DNA of 64,000 bases. It comes from Squalus acanthias (Eukaryota). This document shows positions 12,627 to 26,825 of the stretch, piece by piece. How positions within the stretch are numbered: the stretch's first letter is position 1; every line of letters begins with the position of its first letter. The stretch is taken from contig CM059432.1 of assembly GCA_030390025.1 (NCBI GenBank), positions 88,600,001 through 88,664,000 of the forward strand. Direction: 5' to 3'. The notes beneath the pieces were generated by a model. The model was not told the origin of the DNA. It saw only the letters and a program-made list of their open reading frames with translations, and ran no database searches. A program made the translations under genes and the position numbers.

Positions 12627-13380
12627 GGCCCAGATATTCCAATCGCAGGCCTCCCGCGGGCAGAGGGCTGCGATCTGGAAAAATCTGCGCCAGGAGGGCT
12701 CCCGGGAGGTGCAGAGTTCCACTGCTGGGCCTCTCCAAACTGCCGGTGCGCAGGGCCCACGTATCCCAGAGGCGCATGCGGTTCGCAGCGTCCCTGGGAT
12801 CACGTGGGCCATGGGGAGCCAATCAGAGAAGGGAATCTCCCTTCATACATTTGACAGGAAGACCTGTCAAATATATGAATAGAGATCACCCCCAAAATAT
12901 AGTAAAACTTCAAATAAATTAAAAAAAACATCACATTTTTAAAATGACTTTAAATTACAATAAATTAAGTATTTTAAACAACAATTTTATTTTTTGAAAA
13001 AAATAATTAAAGTTTTTAACGGGGCTAAAAATAAACGTACCTTTCTTTAAAGTATTTTTAAATGATAAATCAGTGGAATTTTTTTTCTTTTTTACTTTTT
13101 TCACCTCTTATCCTGGTAAAAGCAGGCCTTACGCCTGCTTTTACCAGGCGCAAGAATTGTAAGTGTTTTCTGCGGGCGGAGGGTCTCCAAAAAGCGGAAC
13201 TATCCGCCCGCAGAGGCCCTTCTCCAGGGCAGCTGGAGGATCTGTCAAGAGCTTTCTTGACAGATCGGAAATGCCGGTTTCCAGTGCATGCGCAGTGCAT
13301 GCCTGAAACCGGCATTTCCGATGTCCCTACGGGTGAGTACACAGCGCGTACCCACCCGTAGGGATCGGAATTTCTGCACC
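12627..13380. mobile_element. Harbinger-type MITE with internal palindromes
   Basis: TIRs GGCCCAGATATTCC / GGAATTTCTGCACC, TSD ATT (12624-26 and 13381-83), GC-rich arms around an AT-rich core. Confidence 0.8.
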
Positions 13381-13879
13381 ATTGTCATTAATATTATTCA
13401 TTTTACATATTCAGTGTTGTAACTGTGCATTGTTTTTCTTTGCTAGCAGTGTTTTGTCTTGGTTACTGTACAGGCAACTCTTATTTTTAAATGATTAGTC
13501 GTCCAATGGCATTCATTTTATCCGTATGAGTGCTTTAGTATTGAGTGCTCCTGGGTTATCAAGTACACCTGGGTTGACCTGTGTGTTTCTGATTGAGTGT
13601 CTTTATGTAGTTTCTGGTTTCTTGCGATGAAAATTGTTTTACACAGTAAATAGTATCTTCATTTGTGGGCTTCTTTCCTCCTTTTATTAAAAACTGAAAT
13701 GTTTGGATTTTTGTATCTGTCCTTCAATGAAAGGATACGTTACAGAAACAAAAGGCCTTTTATTATTTTTCACCAAAAGATGGGCTTTATTGGAAAGCAA
13801 AACTTAGAAAAGGAACAGGGCAAAACAGGGCCTGCTGGGTCAAATAAACAACACAATTGTTCCGCAAGCCAAATTCTAG

Positions 13880-14280
13880 CTTGTGGTGGAGCTGAAACTC
13901 CACTTGCTGTAATTTATGGGCAGATGCTTGCAGTTGTGAACTACCTACATTGTGGCAGCCTGTTCCCAGGCTTCATCTACCCAAGCTGTCCAATGGGATT
14001 ACTGTAAGCCTTCGCAGCGGTCTGCCAGCCACTGATCAGAAATTCATTTCCCTGGATATAAGATTGCTCTCTTCCTTCTGTCCTGTGATGGCTGTGATTG
14101 CTGTCATTGTGTCAGACTCTGTATTAGCATTTTTCTTTCCTGTCCAGCTCATAATTAGTGAAGAAAACAGATGAATAGTAATTCCGTCAAAAACAGAAAA
14201 CGCAGTGCTGCCCGCAATCAAGTAGTTTAAGGAACCTAGTTCAATAAATGTCACAGTGTCTGCTGCTGCTGTTAAACACA
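13880..14280. promoter_or_regulatory. Candidate conserved non-coding element (enhancer-like)
   Basis: High-complexity, non-repetitive block with raised GC in an AT-rich background, carrying TAATTA, TGTCA and CATTGT motifs. Conservation was not tested. Confidence 0.35.
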
Positions 14281-16199
14281 CAACATAAAATAAACAGTTT
14301 TAATTTTTTTTGCTCGCACTCTAACCCACGTTTCATAATCAAATCATAATTTTCTTGTGTGTAAAAAAACCCATCAGAATCCTTTTACGCGCAGTGGATG
14401 AAATAACAGCGCTTGTAGCCCCCACATTAAAACTGTGAAGATTGCAGGCAGATAGTTTCAAGGACACGCTGAATTAATCGCAGGAGGCTGGTTAGCAGGA
14501 GGTTGCAGAGTGGCTTCTGAGCATCAGTTTGGGTCATATGTCTCGAGGCGATGGCTGTGCACGCGACCCCTTTCTAGGCTACTATCAGATTCTAACTGGA
14601 TGTACACTTTGAATAGGGCTGTTACAAAGAAGAGAAACAACTGGTAAATATTCTTCGTTTTTAACCATATTTATTAATAAATTGCAAAACATAAACAAAA
14701 TCTGAATTATTTAGAGTACAAGTCTACATTATTAATCTTCAACTTCCTTCTAATACAGTTTCTGTGGTGCTCTATTTCATGACACGCATCACAAACACAT
14801 TTCTTGTTGTCTCTGACGTCAAATATTTTATTACATAATTTTCAATTTTGATATTGTGCACATGATTAATGCTGTACAATTTATAGCACATGACAGACTT
14901 CAGTTCAACTATATATATATATTTTTTTGCCAACAACATTTGGTTAAAGAAGAAAATGAAAGGGTGTGAGTAGTGACGTTTACTATAAAGGTGAAGGTAA
15001 ATCCTGCAGTTGTGGTTTGTTTGTCTGAGGTAATCTACAGGAACCCTAATTCTCCCTGCCATTAGGAGTGAACAAGCTGGGACTATTCTGACATTTGAGT
15101 TTGCACAGATTTACTATTAACAGCCCCTGATTTTCATCCATCCAATCTTATCCATCATATTTAATCATGCAAAAAGCAGCATTACTTTATCACAGCAGTT
15201 GAAAAGAAAGAAAGATTTACATTAGAATGAGTGACATAGGGGAAATATAAATTGAAAATAATCATCAAGGAAATTTAATATTTAGACTACAGCTCCATTG
15301 GTTTTGTGATGCTCATTTAGAGCAATGATCTGCCAAAGTCCTAATGTTGAATTGATGTGAGTTCTTCCTACAGTATCTCAATGCTTTTATATTCACACCT
15401 TAAATTGATATTCATTTACAGAGGACATGCTAATTTCTTACATCAGAACAAAGTTTAAAAGTGTGTTAACTGTATCCTTCATTTTCTAAGAGGGTTGCAC
15501 AGCTGTTTTTGCTGATGTGTGTTATGCATTCTGGTGCATTTGACATGTCAGTGCAAAATGGTGAAAAATCTGTTTTAAACCTAGAAAAAAAATAAAAGCT
15601 GGTGGTGTAATGATGAGATGTCACATTGGGTCCTCAGTGACAGTGGTAATGACATTTGGGAATTATCTGATACTTATTGATATGTAATTTAAACAAATCT
15701 TTATCGATTTTTTTCCCCTCATGATAATTTTTCCTGTTGCCTACCCATCCAACAGACAATGTAACCAATTTAAAGGGATTAATATTTTCATATGATCCTT
15801 CATTATTACTTTAGAATAATATTTATTTGATTGGTGAATACAGTGTGTGCTTAACAGTGTTGAATATGGTCAGTCCCAGAAATAATGTACGCCTGGGTTG
15901 GAGAGATAGCCTTTTTAAAGAATGAATGCATCATTGCTTTTTGAGACACCTCATCTATCAAACGATACTGTGCAGTTATTTTTCAAGCAAAAATTTTTAA
16001 ATACTATATGATATAATTACTGCACTGTAGGAAAAAATTGAAATATTCTGTTCATTTAGAGGAATTGATTTAAAATACATAATATAATATAATTAATATA
16101 ATATAATAAATATAACAAACATAATATAATATGATACATTCTGATGTCCTTGCTGAGAGCAGACATGTATGTCCCACAGTTTCTGAGCATTTCATTTTC

Positions 16200-17130
16200 T
16201 AAGCAAGGCTTTCATTTTCAATGAGTCGTTCTGTGGATGTGAGACGGTTCCACTGAGGAAGAGTTGGAGACTTGGCTCTCACTTCCGTCTAGCCAGCTAC
16301 AGAGAAGTGTGCATGTCCAGTAGATGTTTGATTTTTTTTTTGCTAAGTTATTTTGTATTTTCTCTCTTTTCCCTTCTATCTGTCTCTCCGAAGCGATGCA
16401 TCATTCCTTGGCAGAGAGCAGACAGTCAACAAGTGTGGATGCCCTGCTGGTCCTTGACACTATCTGCCAGCAATTGTCACCATTTTAATACAGGAGCTGA
16501 AACACTGTTTATTCATTCACTGTGTGCAAGACGATTCACATTCTTTTTACACAAAAACTCAATTACATTATGAAACATAGGTTACGGTATGAACAAAAAC
16601 ATACATTAAAACTGTTTATTTTATGTCATGTGTTTAGCAGCGACAACATGACATTTACGGTACTAGGCTGCTGCTTGTTCTCTCAGTAGTGATGGTGCTA
16701 AAAAGGAGACATTCAGATGAGGACTAAACTGTGAAAAACAGGATTATGGATTTTGAATGAATTCTATAAATAAATCTATAACTTAATAATTTCACAAAAT
16801 AGATGTAATCTGTACAGAAGATCATACTCGTAGTGTAGTGGTGGAAAGGAAAAGAAAAGTATATGCTTTCTTTTGTGGTACTTTTCTCTCTTTCCCTTCT
16901 TTCTGTCTCTGTGAGCTGTGCAGTACTCCCTGGAAGAAAGGGCAGGCAGTCAACAAGCTCTCAGCTCTGTGCCAGCGCTCCTCTGTAATCTGTCAGTGCG
17001 AGGTGGGTGAGAGTGGCCTGAATTAATCACCCACTGATCTTCCTCTCTCTACCCATGGGGAAGCATCCTGAACACCCCACTCCCTGCCTTGGTGCAGATA
17101 AGTTCAGTAACTCATCATAAACATGCTACC
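16200..17130. promoter_or_regulatory. Candidate conserved non-coding elements (two blocks, about 16200-16560 and 16900-17130)
   Basis: Composition and motif content (TGACA/TGTCA, GAATTAATCA) only; no coding or repeat signature. Confidence 0.3.
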
Positions 17131-20100
17131 AAATCACGATACAAATTGTTGGTGGTCTGAAGTACTGTGCCAGTTCACTGCCTATGTAAGCAAAATAGAG
17201 TATTGAAGTTGGTAACTTCATTAACTTTATACCACCCCCCCCCCCACCCATCCCGAAACCAATCTCATTTTAAAGTGAACCATTTCCAATATATTTCAAT
17301 ATATTCTCTTTTGTTTTTTATTTTCTCTTTGATATACATTCCCGTTACAAATCACGCTGACATTAACTCAGTTCTACTAGTTCCAGCTCTGCGATTTGTA
17401 TGGACTAATGTTGCAGAATCCATTTCAGTGCAGTTTGTAAATAGTTCGTTGATTGAAATTCCTGATCTCATGGCAAAATAAAACTCTAATCTGTCTGAAA
17501 TGGATTGTATTAGGAATTAGATTTTTGATAAATCGCTTTTTTAATGTGGAATTCAAATGCAGATGTATCAATACAAGGAGAGTTCCAGCTTCATGCTAAG
17601 AGTGTGGCTTATTATCTTTATTTTCAGCAGTTTCAAAATATTCTGAGAGGCAGCCAACAAAAGGACTATAGCCTCTTTAAGGCTAACACAAATTACCATT
17701 GAGAAACGCTTCAAGACAAAGCAAATACTTTATGGTAGAATTAAGCTGGGTGTTTTGGATTAACACCATTTTTAATGACACATTTGCATTTTGAAATTTA
17801 TTTTATTATTTTGCAGAACATATAAAATGAACATCAAAACTTGCAAAAAATATTTGCAGAAATTATATTTGTTCAAATCTATTTCAGTTTTAAATAATCT
17901 GATTCTAAATCTTTGTGAGTTGAACATTTTGACTAGAATTTACATATTTATTGACATTCGTTGTATATATTCTATGAAGATTATTTCATGTAATTCTGTA
18001 TATTTCTATTTTAACCTCAACAAAGAAAAACAGCTTAATATTTTTAGTAACACCGCATTGCCAGTCAGCATGTAGATCTAGTTCTTTAGATGCTCTGTAC
18101 TTTCGTCTGTGCAGTTACCATTTCAGGAGCGCCGGTGTTAAAATGTGGTAGGCACCTTCAAAATGTTTCTTTCAATCTGCTTTGTATTTGTAAAATTACT
18201 CATGAAACAAACATGTCACATCGTCATGTACAACATTTTTTTAGTGATACAAAAATGAAGAGCTAAGATTACAATTTTATCATTCAACTAACACCATTCC
18301 TCAGCAACGATTGGCACTGTGTAGCTTTTTCAAATGTAGTTCAAAACTATTTTTATTGCCTTGTGAATATCTGAAAAAGAAAAATCTAACAGGGTGTGGG
18401 AATCGGATAAAGAAACAGAACAGAATAATAGTTATTTCAGAAAGCCAGCACCAAAGATTCCGGCCCACGGGTCAAATTGCCTCCTTCTGTGCTGTAAAAT
18501 TCTATGATTCTACAAATAAACAGCTAATCCTTGACGTATTCCCTGTGAAATTGAAAGTTTCTGTAAAATCTTTATAATGAATACAGGTATTGTCTTTCAT
18601 TATTGATTCATTACAGAGTCAACCAGGAGCGATTTTGAATTTAGACTTAGCCAAAGATCTAATTAAAAAAATAAAAATTGTTTTTGGTATTTCTGACTAT
18701 CATTGTGTCTTATGTTTAAACTTGCTAACTTATTTCAAGCTGTTAGGTATATTGTTTGCTTGCAAACACATGAATAAGTTGATATTAAACTATAGATTAT
18801 GGCATTTAATACAACATTGTGCACAGCCATGGGATAATTTCAATAATTTCTCATTTTTACTTTTGTTAATTCCTTGTTAGTAATATAAAATATTATGCTA
18901 CTGATGATTTCAGATGATTTATACGATGTGAGGCTATTTCTTTTATAAATAACGTAGCTCTCATGATAAACCATTGATGGCATTTTTTTCCTTAGGTGGG
19001 GCGTGGTGTTAGCCACTTTTATTCTAAGGTTCAGTAAGCTGGTTTTAAATGTAATTATTTCACAAATGTGGAATATATAATTTATACTTTCTTGCAGTGG
19101 ATTATAAAACAAATATCTCAGCTCAAGGTGTATGGCTATGTATTTATTTTAAAAAGTTAAAGCATAATTAACCTTATTTTCCCTTATTAAAAAGTAAGTA
19201 CGCTTATATTCTTGAAATATGCTTACTTAATATAAGCAAATTATTTATGGTTCAGCTAATGATTCTTTTGAGTGAAATGTAAGGATATGTCATTAAGATT
19301 GTGTCTGATTTCACCATGAATGATTTCTGTAAAACTGTACTTCCTGTCCTTTACATCACTAAAGTCATATTTACATCTATTGCAAATCTATAATTAATAA
19401 TTGTGGAGGTTGTATTTTTGGGAGATACACTGGATAAGGTAGCCATTGTTTCAGGCTTGTAAATCTTTGTAGATGTGCTTATATTTCAGACCAGCAGATG
19501 GCACTGTAAGCCAGATCATCTCCATTCTTTTCAATTTGCGTACTGTAAATAAGGATGTAGGATGTAGGTCAGGGTGGACATTAGAATTGCTTATAAGCAG
19601 GGACTTGTATACAGCAAGACTGGCTATACTGGTACTGAGCAATGCAAGCAAGTCAGTACTTTGGGAAAAATCTGATTCTCAGAATGCCCTTATGTCTAGT
19701 TTTTGTATAATATTTGAATTATATCTAATTAATGTACCCTTATTGACATTTCCATCATTATGAGCATATTTTCTACTGTATTAACATATTGAGAATGTAA
19801 GAACTGTTCCTGCATAGGTCTTCGTGATTTTTTTACAAACCAAATAACAGAATTTTTACAAGATATCAAATTCTGTTGTGGAATGATAGAATGAGAAGAA
19901 AAATGACTGTTGTTCCGAGATTATATTTTTCCGTATCATTTTTCTTCTTCTATATTTTCCGAGGGAAATTTGACCAGTTTAATGTAATTGTTACTGTTGC
20001 TAAAGCATTGATATAGGGAAATTATAGGGAAAGTAGGTCAGATATTGAATTTTTATAATGCATACTGAAAGGAAAATCACAAATTACTCATGAGTTCTCA

Positions 20101-23100
20101 TCAGTGGCTCTTTTATTCAGTTCCACAGAATCCTTCAACAATTTTCCACCAAATATACTGCAGCAATATTTTTCCAAGGCATACAATGTGATTTCTGATG
20201 TTCTGAAACTGACCTTCAGCTTTTGCAGTGCACCATTTTCAATATCCTGCTGAAATCACTCAATCTATTCCAGAACATGTTACACTAAATAAGTATTTCA
20301 AAAAGATTGGTATCTAGGACAACCTTTGGTATCATTGTAATTTAAATAGTTTCTTGTTTGGTGACTTTCCAAATAATCATCCACACACTATTAGGTTGGA
20401 AGACCCGATCACTGGAACAATGGCCAGTGTCAGCGATGAAAATGGATGGTTTCAGACATGATGATCTATGACAGTGCCCAGAAGTCTGATGAATCATGAA
20501 AGCATATGATGTAGATACTTGGATTGCTCTGCTGCAGCAGCCAAATCTGTTATTTAATGTGTTGGCCTTTACTTTGTTTATATGAGATAAAAGAAAATTA
20601 TATTTGTTTGTGGTACAGATTACCAATGGTTTTCAAAGAATTTCCATGTTGTTTCCTACCTCTAAACCATGCAATAATAGATCATTGTATTTTTAAAATG
20701 CAGTAAACGTAGTAATTAAAATTGCAAACGAATTAATCACTTTAATTCTGTTACAAGTCCTTTTAATCCTTAGGCAGCTTAATATTCCTATGTAATTTGT
20801 GAGGACAGGAAGTTAATAAAAAATAGTGGATTATGTGTTGTTACAAATAAAAAACGAATACATTACATTCATATTTAGACAAAGAATTAAAGTGATTTGA
20901 ATAAGGCTCTGATAGTATTTCTGATCATATTTATTTTCACTCATGGACAGATTCTCTGTATGTTGGCATCTTTTGTTTTGCTTAAATTGAACTATTGTGT
21001 ATGCTCATTTTCTTTAGCTAAAGCAAGAAATTTTTGCTTAACAAATCAGTTAGTAAAGTTTTTATATTTTGTGAACTTTGCCTGAGGTGGTGGCTTTTTG
21101 GCGTACTTTAACAAATTACCCCTTCAGTAGTTAATTTAAGAACGAAACAACAGATCCTGCTATTTTAGCCATTATGCACAATGCATAGTAGAATTAGTAT
21201 GGGGGGGAAATATATAATATAATGTAATGAGTCAAAATGCAGGAAATACACTTTGGCAGCTGGGGAAAGTGATGTTCCATTCTTGAATCTGTGACGCAGG
21301 CATTAACTTACTTTACTAAAAAGAGAAACCAAAAAGTATTTTCTACATATGTAGAACTATCATATTAGGTTGAAAGATTTTTTGTATTAAATTAACTTTG
21401 TATATTCTTTAAAAAATTAAAGCAAAAAAGTTGTAAAAATATAAAATATTTCAAATTTATTATAGAATTATTGTCCTTTTTGTTTCTTTTGACAGCATGG
21501 AATTAAAGATTATAACAATAATTGCTCAAGTTATGAATAATTTGGTTACAAATAATGCCTTAAATGCATTATTTTCAAGTCTTGTTGTTGCCAGTATTTT
21601 AAATTTTAAATTGAGAAAGGCCCTTTTAAATGTACAGTTTGTAGACTAAATTGATTGCTTATCTGAACATTAGTGTAAAAATAGGTTGCCTGACCTCCTC
21701 TGTATGTCACATTATGTTTGGTTCTTCATGTTTTGATCATACCTTAGTGTTGAATCACAGAAATAGATGCTTTTTTCCCAGGTTTGACGACTTAATTCAT
21801 TGTATCATTCACAGATCTGCTCTTTTCTTATCTAAAATTTAAATACAATTTTTTTCTCCAACTTTACCAAATATCACCTCACTTTTACTGCTGCTTAGTT
21901 ACCCATACTAATTATAGCATTGTAGGGTTTTAACTCTCAAACCAATCTCCATTTATCATTGTCTGGAGTAAAGCACTTAAAGTTGATTACTGGTATGCCA
22001 TTCAAAGTATTTTGAAAAATAACCAATTAGCTATTTTAGAAGATAAAACTTTTTTTAACTTGTGAATACTAACAAATGCAATGGCAGAAATATAAATGAG
22101 AGATCTGTAAACACAAAAGGTAAGAGAGTAATTCAGGAATCTGGTGCTTCTGGTATCTAAGCAGCCAAAAGCACAGCAGTACTCCTACAAAGCAAATTGA
22201 AACTGAAGGTTACATTCTTGTAGACTTTATCTTAAAGCAGTAAAACAAGTAGCTGCAACTACAGCTGAAGGTATTGATTTTGTAATTTCAGCAAATTAAG
22301 AACAAGACAGGAAACCTATTAAACCTTTTCACTGATTGCCATTGGTACTTTTTGGCGATACTAGGATTGACATTTAAACCAGTCACTGTGTTTTTTCTCT
22401 TCTCTAGTCAGATTCTCTGTTTGTTGAAAAAAAATCGGAAATAACCTAAAACAGAAGCCGTCTTGACAAAACATATTGATTTTCATATATTGTTAGTATA
22501 CAATTTGAAAAATGCAGACACAGTAACATTGAAGATATACAAAATATCTTAGCTTAATTTCCTATAACTAATGTGTTTGAATATATTCCCATTAATGTTT
22601 TTCTTTTATTATGTGAAATGTTATAAAGCACAAGAAATCTTTTCTGTAATACAATTTAGTAACCTTTGGCAACAATATTATCTGTCAAAGATTTGAATAA
22701 TGATTGTATAAAAAATTTCATATGAACCTAAGATTAATGGATATTATTATTGAATTATCTGTGCTTATATTTAGGTACATAATGTGATGATTTTATTGTA
22801 AAGCCACAGTAACATTTTTCAGGGATTTTGAAACTATTGTTTATCATCTGATCAAATTGACTCTGGTACTGTGCTTTGTTTCTCTAGTTTAATGTTTACA
22901 AACTAATTCTATAAATTATATAATTTCAACTCAGGCTTTTCTCTGTTTGTTATCAAAACATAACTAAAAGTCACAATGTTTCTTCTACTATTTTTGTTAT
23001 TTTATTATACAAAGAATGCAATATCAACAAACACACACATATATAATTAAACAGAGTACAGCAAATATTTGATAATCAGATGTCAGCAATAAATGTGGAA

Positions 23101-23269
23101 CAAAAAGAATTTTGAACAATTAAAAACCTTGAATGAGATTTTCATATGAATTTCAATTCATTTCTACAGGACTCAGTGAAGAATGTAACGAAGGCTAGTT
23201 AGCTAGTGTGAACATGAATTTATATTCCTTACAACAGAAAAGTCATTGTTCAGTCCTATTTCCATTTTA

Positions 23270-24490
23270 GAAGGCACTGAAGTGGGCACTGAATCTGTGG
23301 GAAAATCACAGGTTAATTCATTGATTGCCCCTTGGAAATTACTGCTGTTAATTGTTAGGTAATTAACGCCATGCTGCAATTATGTTGGCCTTAGGGGGTG
23401 ATTAATGTTTCAACATGTCACATTAGCAGTGTCTGGATTCTAAAAGCATTCCTTTCACATTAGATTTACAGAACAGATGGTTTATTGTCTGTGGTAACAT
23501 TTTTTTCTTTTATTATAATCTGAGTTAGACATTTTTTTTGTTTTAATCAATTAGCTACTCCATTAGTTGTGCTTGAAAAATGATTGCGTAATACAAAATT
23601 ATTCAGCCAGAAAATTGTCAGAAACCTTGTCTGGTTTAGATCCAGTGGCTGCTCTTTCTTTTTTTTGTAAATAGATTTTTTTTATTTGAATTTCTGTTTT
23701 CTACCTATGCCATGTGTCAGTATATCCACAAAACCTTCAGCCATTTGGTGCCTAGGCATCAAGTTGACATTGATCACATTGGCTGTGGACTTGTTGTGGC
23801 GATATCTCTAGCATTAACACCTCTGGCTAATCAGCCTGACAGAACTTGGACCTAGACTGAAAAGCCGATCACGTCCCCAGAAGAGGCTGAAGTGACAAGG
23901 CCACCACCCCTTAAGGTCACATTTATCAAGGATTGTAGAGACGTGTGGATTCCAAGCCACTAACTATAAATTTATTATTAATTCCCATTTGAAACAGAAG
24001 CTTCCTGTCCACAATTTTAAAATGCCACCCTACAAAGTCATCTGATAGAATCTTTTATTCAGTATTTATTGTTAACTTCTCTCGATATTTTATTGTCATC
24101 CTTGAGTTTAATATTCCAAATTAAGAAACAATTTAATCTGTTAAAATTAATGTGTTATTGAGGTTTAAAGGTTTGCACATAACCCATACAATAATAAGAG
24201 TAATGATACTGGCAAATCTCTAATTCATGGTTTACCTCGTGTGCAATATACAGCATGCAGTAATGTATTTCCTTACATCAAATTGCAAATTTAATTTCAT
24301 TTGACAGCCTCATGCTGTGGTCACTGCATTAAAAGCAATGTGTTGTTATCCTGATTTGGGCATAACTAGTAGCAAATGAGCACTCAGCATGTTATTTGGC
24401 AATTGTTCTGAAAAGATGACATTTAGCATCTCCCAAAGAGAGCCTTGAAACTGGAGTCTAATTTGTGCCATTATTAAAAATACAGAGGAA
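23270..24490. promoter_or_regulatory. Candidate conserved non-coding element cluster
   Basis: Dense TAAT/ATTA homeodomain cores, TGTGGGAA (CSL-type), TGATTG and TGACAG in three blocks (23270-23500, 23710-23960, 24210-24490). Confidence 0.35.
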
Positions 24491-25142
24491 AAAGTGAACA
24501 AACAGAACAGCTAAATCATGAAATGTATGAAAGCAAAGCAATCAAACCAAACAAGAAATAGAAATGACTAATAATTAAGCAATATGTGAATGAAACAAAG
24601 ATTTAATTTATAAACTGGAGCAATGCATAACTTTCTATCAGAAGTTAACGAATGAATATTTTTTACAGAATACTTTTAATGATACTGTCTTTTAAAATTA
24701 TATATATCCATTGATTTGTGTTCGCTTGTACATCAGTCAGGCAATCGGTTTTGTATCTGTTTTGGAATACCATCTTTTGTAATTTGATTGTTGTTTTTGA
24801 CATTTGAGTATAGCTATTCCATGTTTGATTTAAGGTTTTTGTAAACATCAATCAAGATGAGTGGGTGGGGTATATAATTGTTTACTTTGATTTATCTTGC
24901 CTATTACTGTATTCAAATTTCTGTGTACTTTCACGTTTCATATTCTATTGTTTATTCACCATAAAGATAATACTGTTGAATCCACTTATAGCCATTATGT
25001 CATGCTTTAATGCATTTAATGCAGCTTTCAGAGTTTGTGGAGTATCATTTTGCTTAGAGCTTGACTACTTATCTTGAAATCAAATTATACGTAAACCACA
25101 GACCTCTAGATGGGTGTACAAGAAAAAATATAGATTTGCAAC

Positions 25143-26308
25143 ATACCAAGCAACTGGTCCACAGGGCTTCATCAATGAACTGGTCCGCAGGGCTTCATCC
25201 AAGGGACTGGTCCACAATGTTTCAACCAAGCAACTGGTCCACAGGGTTTCAACCAAAAATTGTTCCACAGGGCTTCATCCAAGGAACTGGTCCACAGGGC
25301 TTAATCAAAGGAATTGTTCCACAAGGCTTCATCCAAGGAACTGGTCCACAGGGCTTAATCAAAGGAATTGTTCCACAGGGCATCATCCAAAGAACTGGTC
25401 CACAGGGCTTCATCCAAGGAACTAGTCCCCAGGGCTTCATCCAAGGAACTGGTCCACAGGGCTTCATCCAAGGAACTGGTCCACAGGGCTTCATCCAAGG
25501 AACTGGTCCACAGGGCTTCATCCAAGGAAATGGTCCACAGGGCTTCATCCAAGGAAATGGTCCACAGGGCTTCATCCAAGGAAATGGTCCACAGGGCATC
25601 ATCCAAAGAACTGGTCCCCAGGGCTTCATCCAAAGAACTGGTCCCCAGGGCTTCATCCAAGGGACTGGTCCACGGGGCTTCATCCAAAGAACTGGTCCCC
25701 AGGGCTTCATCCAAGGGACTGGTCCACGGGGCTTCATCCAAAGAACTGGTCCCCAGGGCTTCATCCAAGGGACTGGTCCACGGGGCTTCAACAAGGAACT
25801 GGTCCACAGGGCTTCATCCAAGGAACTGGTCCCCAGGGCTTCATCCAAGGGACTGGTCCACTGGGCTTCATCCAAGGGACTGGTCCACGGGGCTTCATCC
25901 AAAGAACTGGTCCCCAGGGCTTCATCCAAGGGACTGGTCCACGGGGCTTCAACAAGGAACTGGTCCACAGGGCTTCATCCAAGGAACTGGTCCCCAGGGC
26001 TTCATCCAAGGGACTGGTCCACAGGGCTTCATCCAAGGAACTGGTCCCCAGGGCTTCATCCAAGGGACTGGTCCACTGGGCTTCACCCAAGGAACTGGTC
26101 CACTGGGCTTCACCCAAGGAACTGGTCCACTGGGCTTCACCCAAGGAACTGGTCCACTGGGCTTCATCCAAGGGACTGGTCCACTGGGCTTCATCCAAGG
26201 GACTGGTCCACTGGGCTTCATCCAAGGAACTGGTCCACTGGGCTTCATCCAAGGAACTGGTCCACTGGGCTTCATTCAAGGAACTGATACACAGGGCTTC
26301 ATCCAAGC
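25143..26308. repeat. 27-bp minisatellite, about 43 copies, consensus GGGCTTCATCCAAGGAACTGGTCCACA
   Basis: Directly visible head-to-tail units with no spacers and degenerate edges. Confidence 0.97.
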
Positions 26309-26825
26309 ATCTTATCTTAGAACTCACACACATTGCCCAATGAAGAAACGGTGAATCTGAATGCAGGCGAAGGCAAGGGTTTAAACTTGCAGCCACATTG
26401 ATCAGTAAGCTCCTGTTTCACTGTTAGGGTTGTAAGCTTCCTGAGATGTTCTAGTCCCTTACTGTTCCAAATTCCTCTAGCTGAAACTTCAATCTTGTTC
26501 AGAAGTTGGCATTCATTACCCTATGAGCTCATCTAGCTTCCAGTATGTTCACCCACTTACTTGTATAATTTCATTGAAAATACAAAGAAGACAACAGAAA
26601 AGCAATTAGCAATCAAAAGAATAATTATCCCTTTCTCTTTCTTCCCTTTCTATGCTGATGAAAATAAATATAAAGGTTCCCTTAATAAAGGATAAAGTGA
26701 GTCATGAATTAATGTAGAGGGAGCATTTAGTTAAAGAAATGAATCTTAAAATGAAATAAAAACAGAAAATGCTGGAAATACTCAGCAGGTCAGGCAGCAT
26801 CTGTGGAGGGAGAAACAGAGTTATT

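Noticed and set aside
16070..16140. (ATATA)n-like stretch
   Set aside because: Ordinary low-complexity AT-rich sequence.
25143..26308. CRISPR array
   Set aside because: The repeats are head-to-tail with no unique spacers, there are no cas genes, and the context is vertebrate.
25061..26396. 408-aa and overlapping ORFs with collagen-like GPQG repeats
   Set aside because: They are products of a 27-bp minisatellite open in most frames on both strands. The unit GPQGFIQGT is not continuous Gly-X-Y, and 26-bp units shift the frame.
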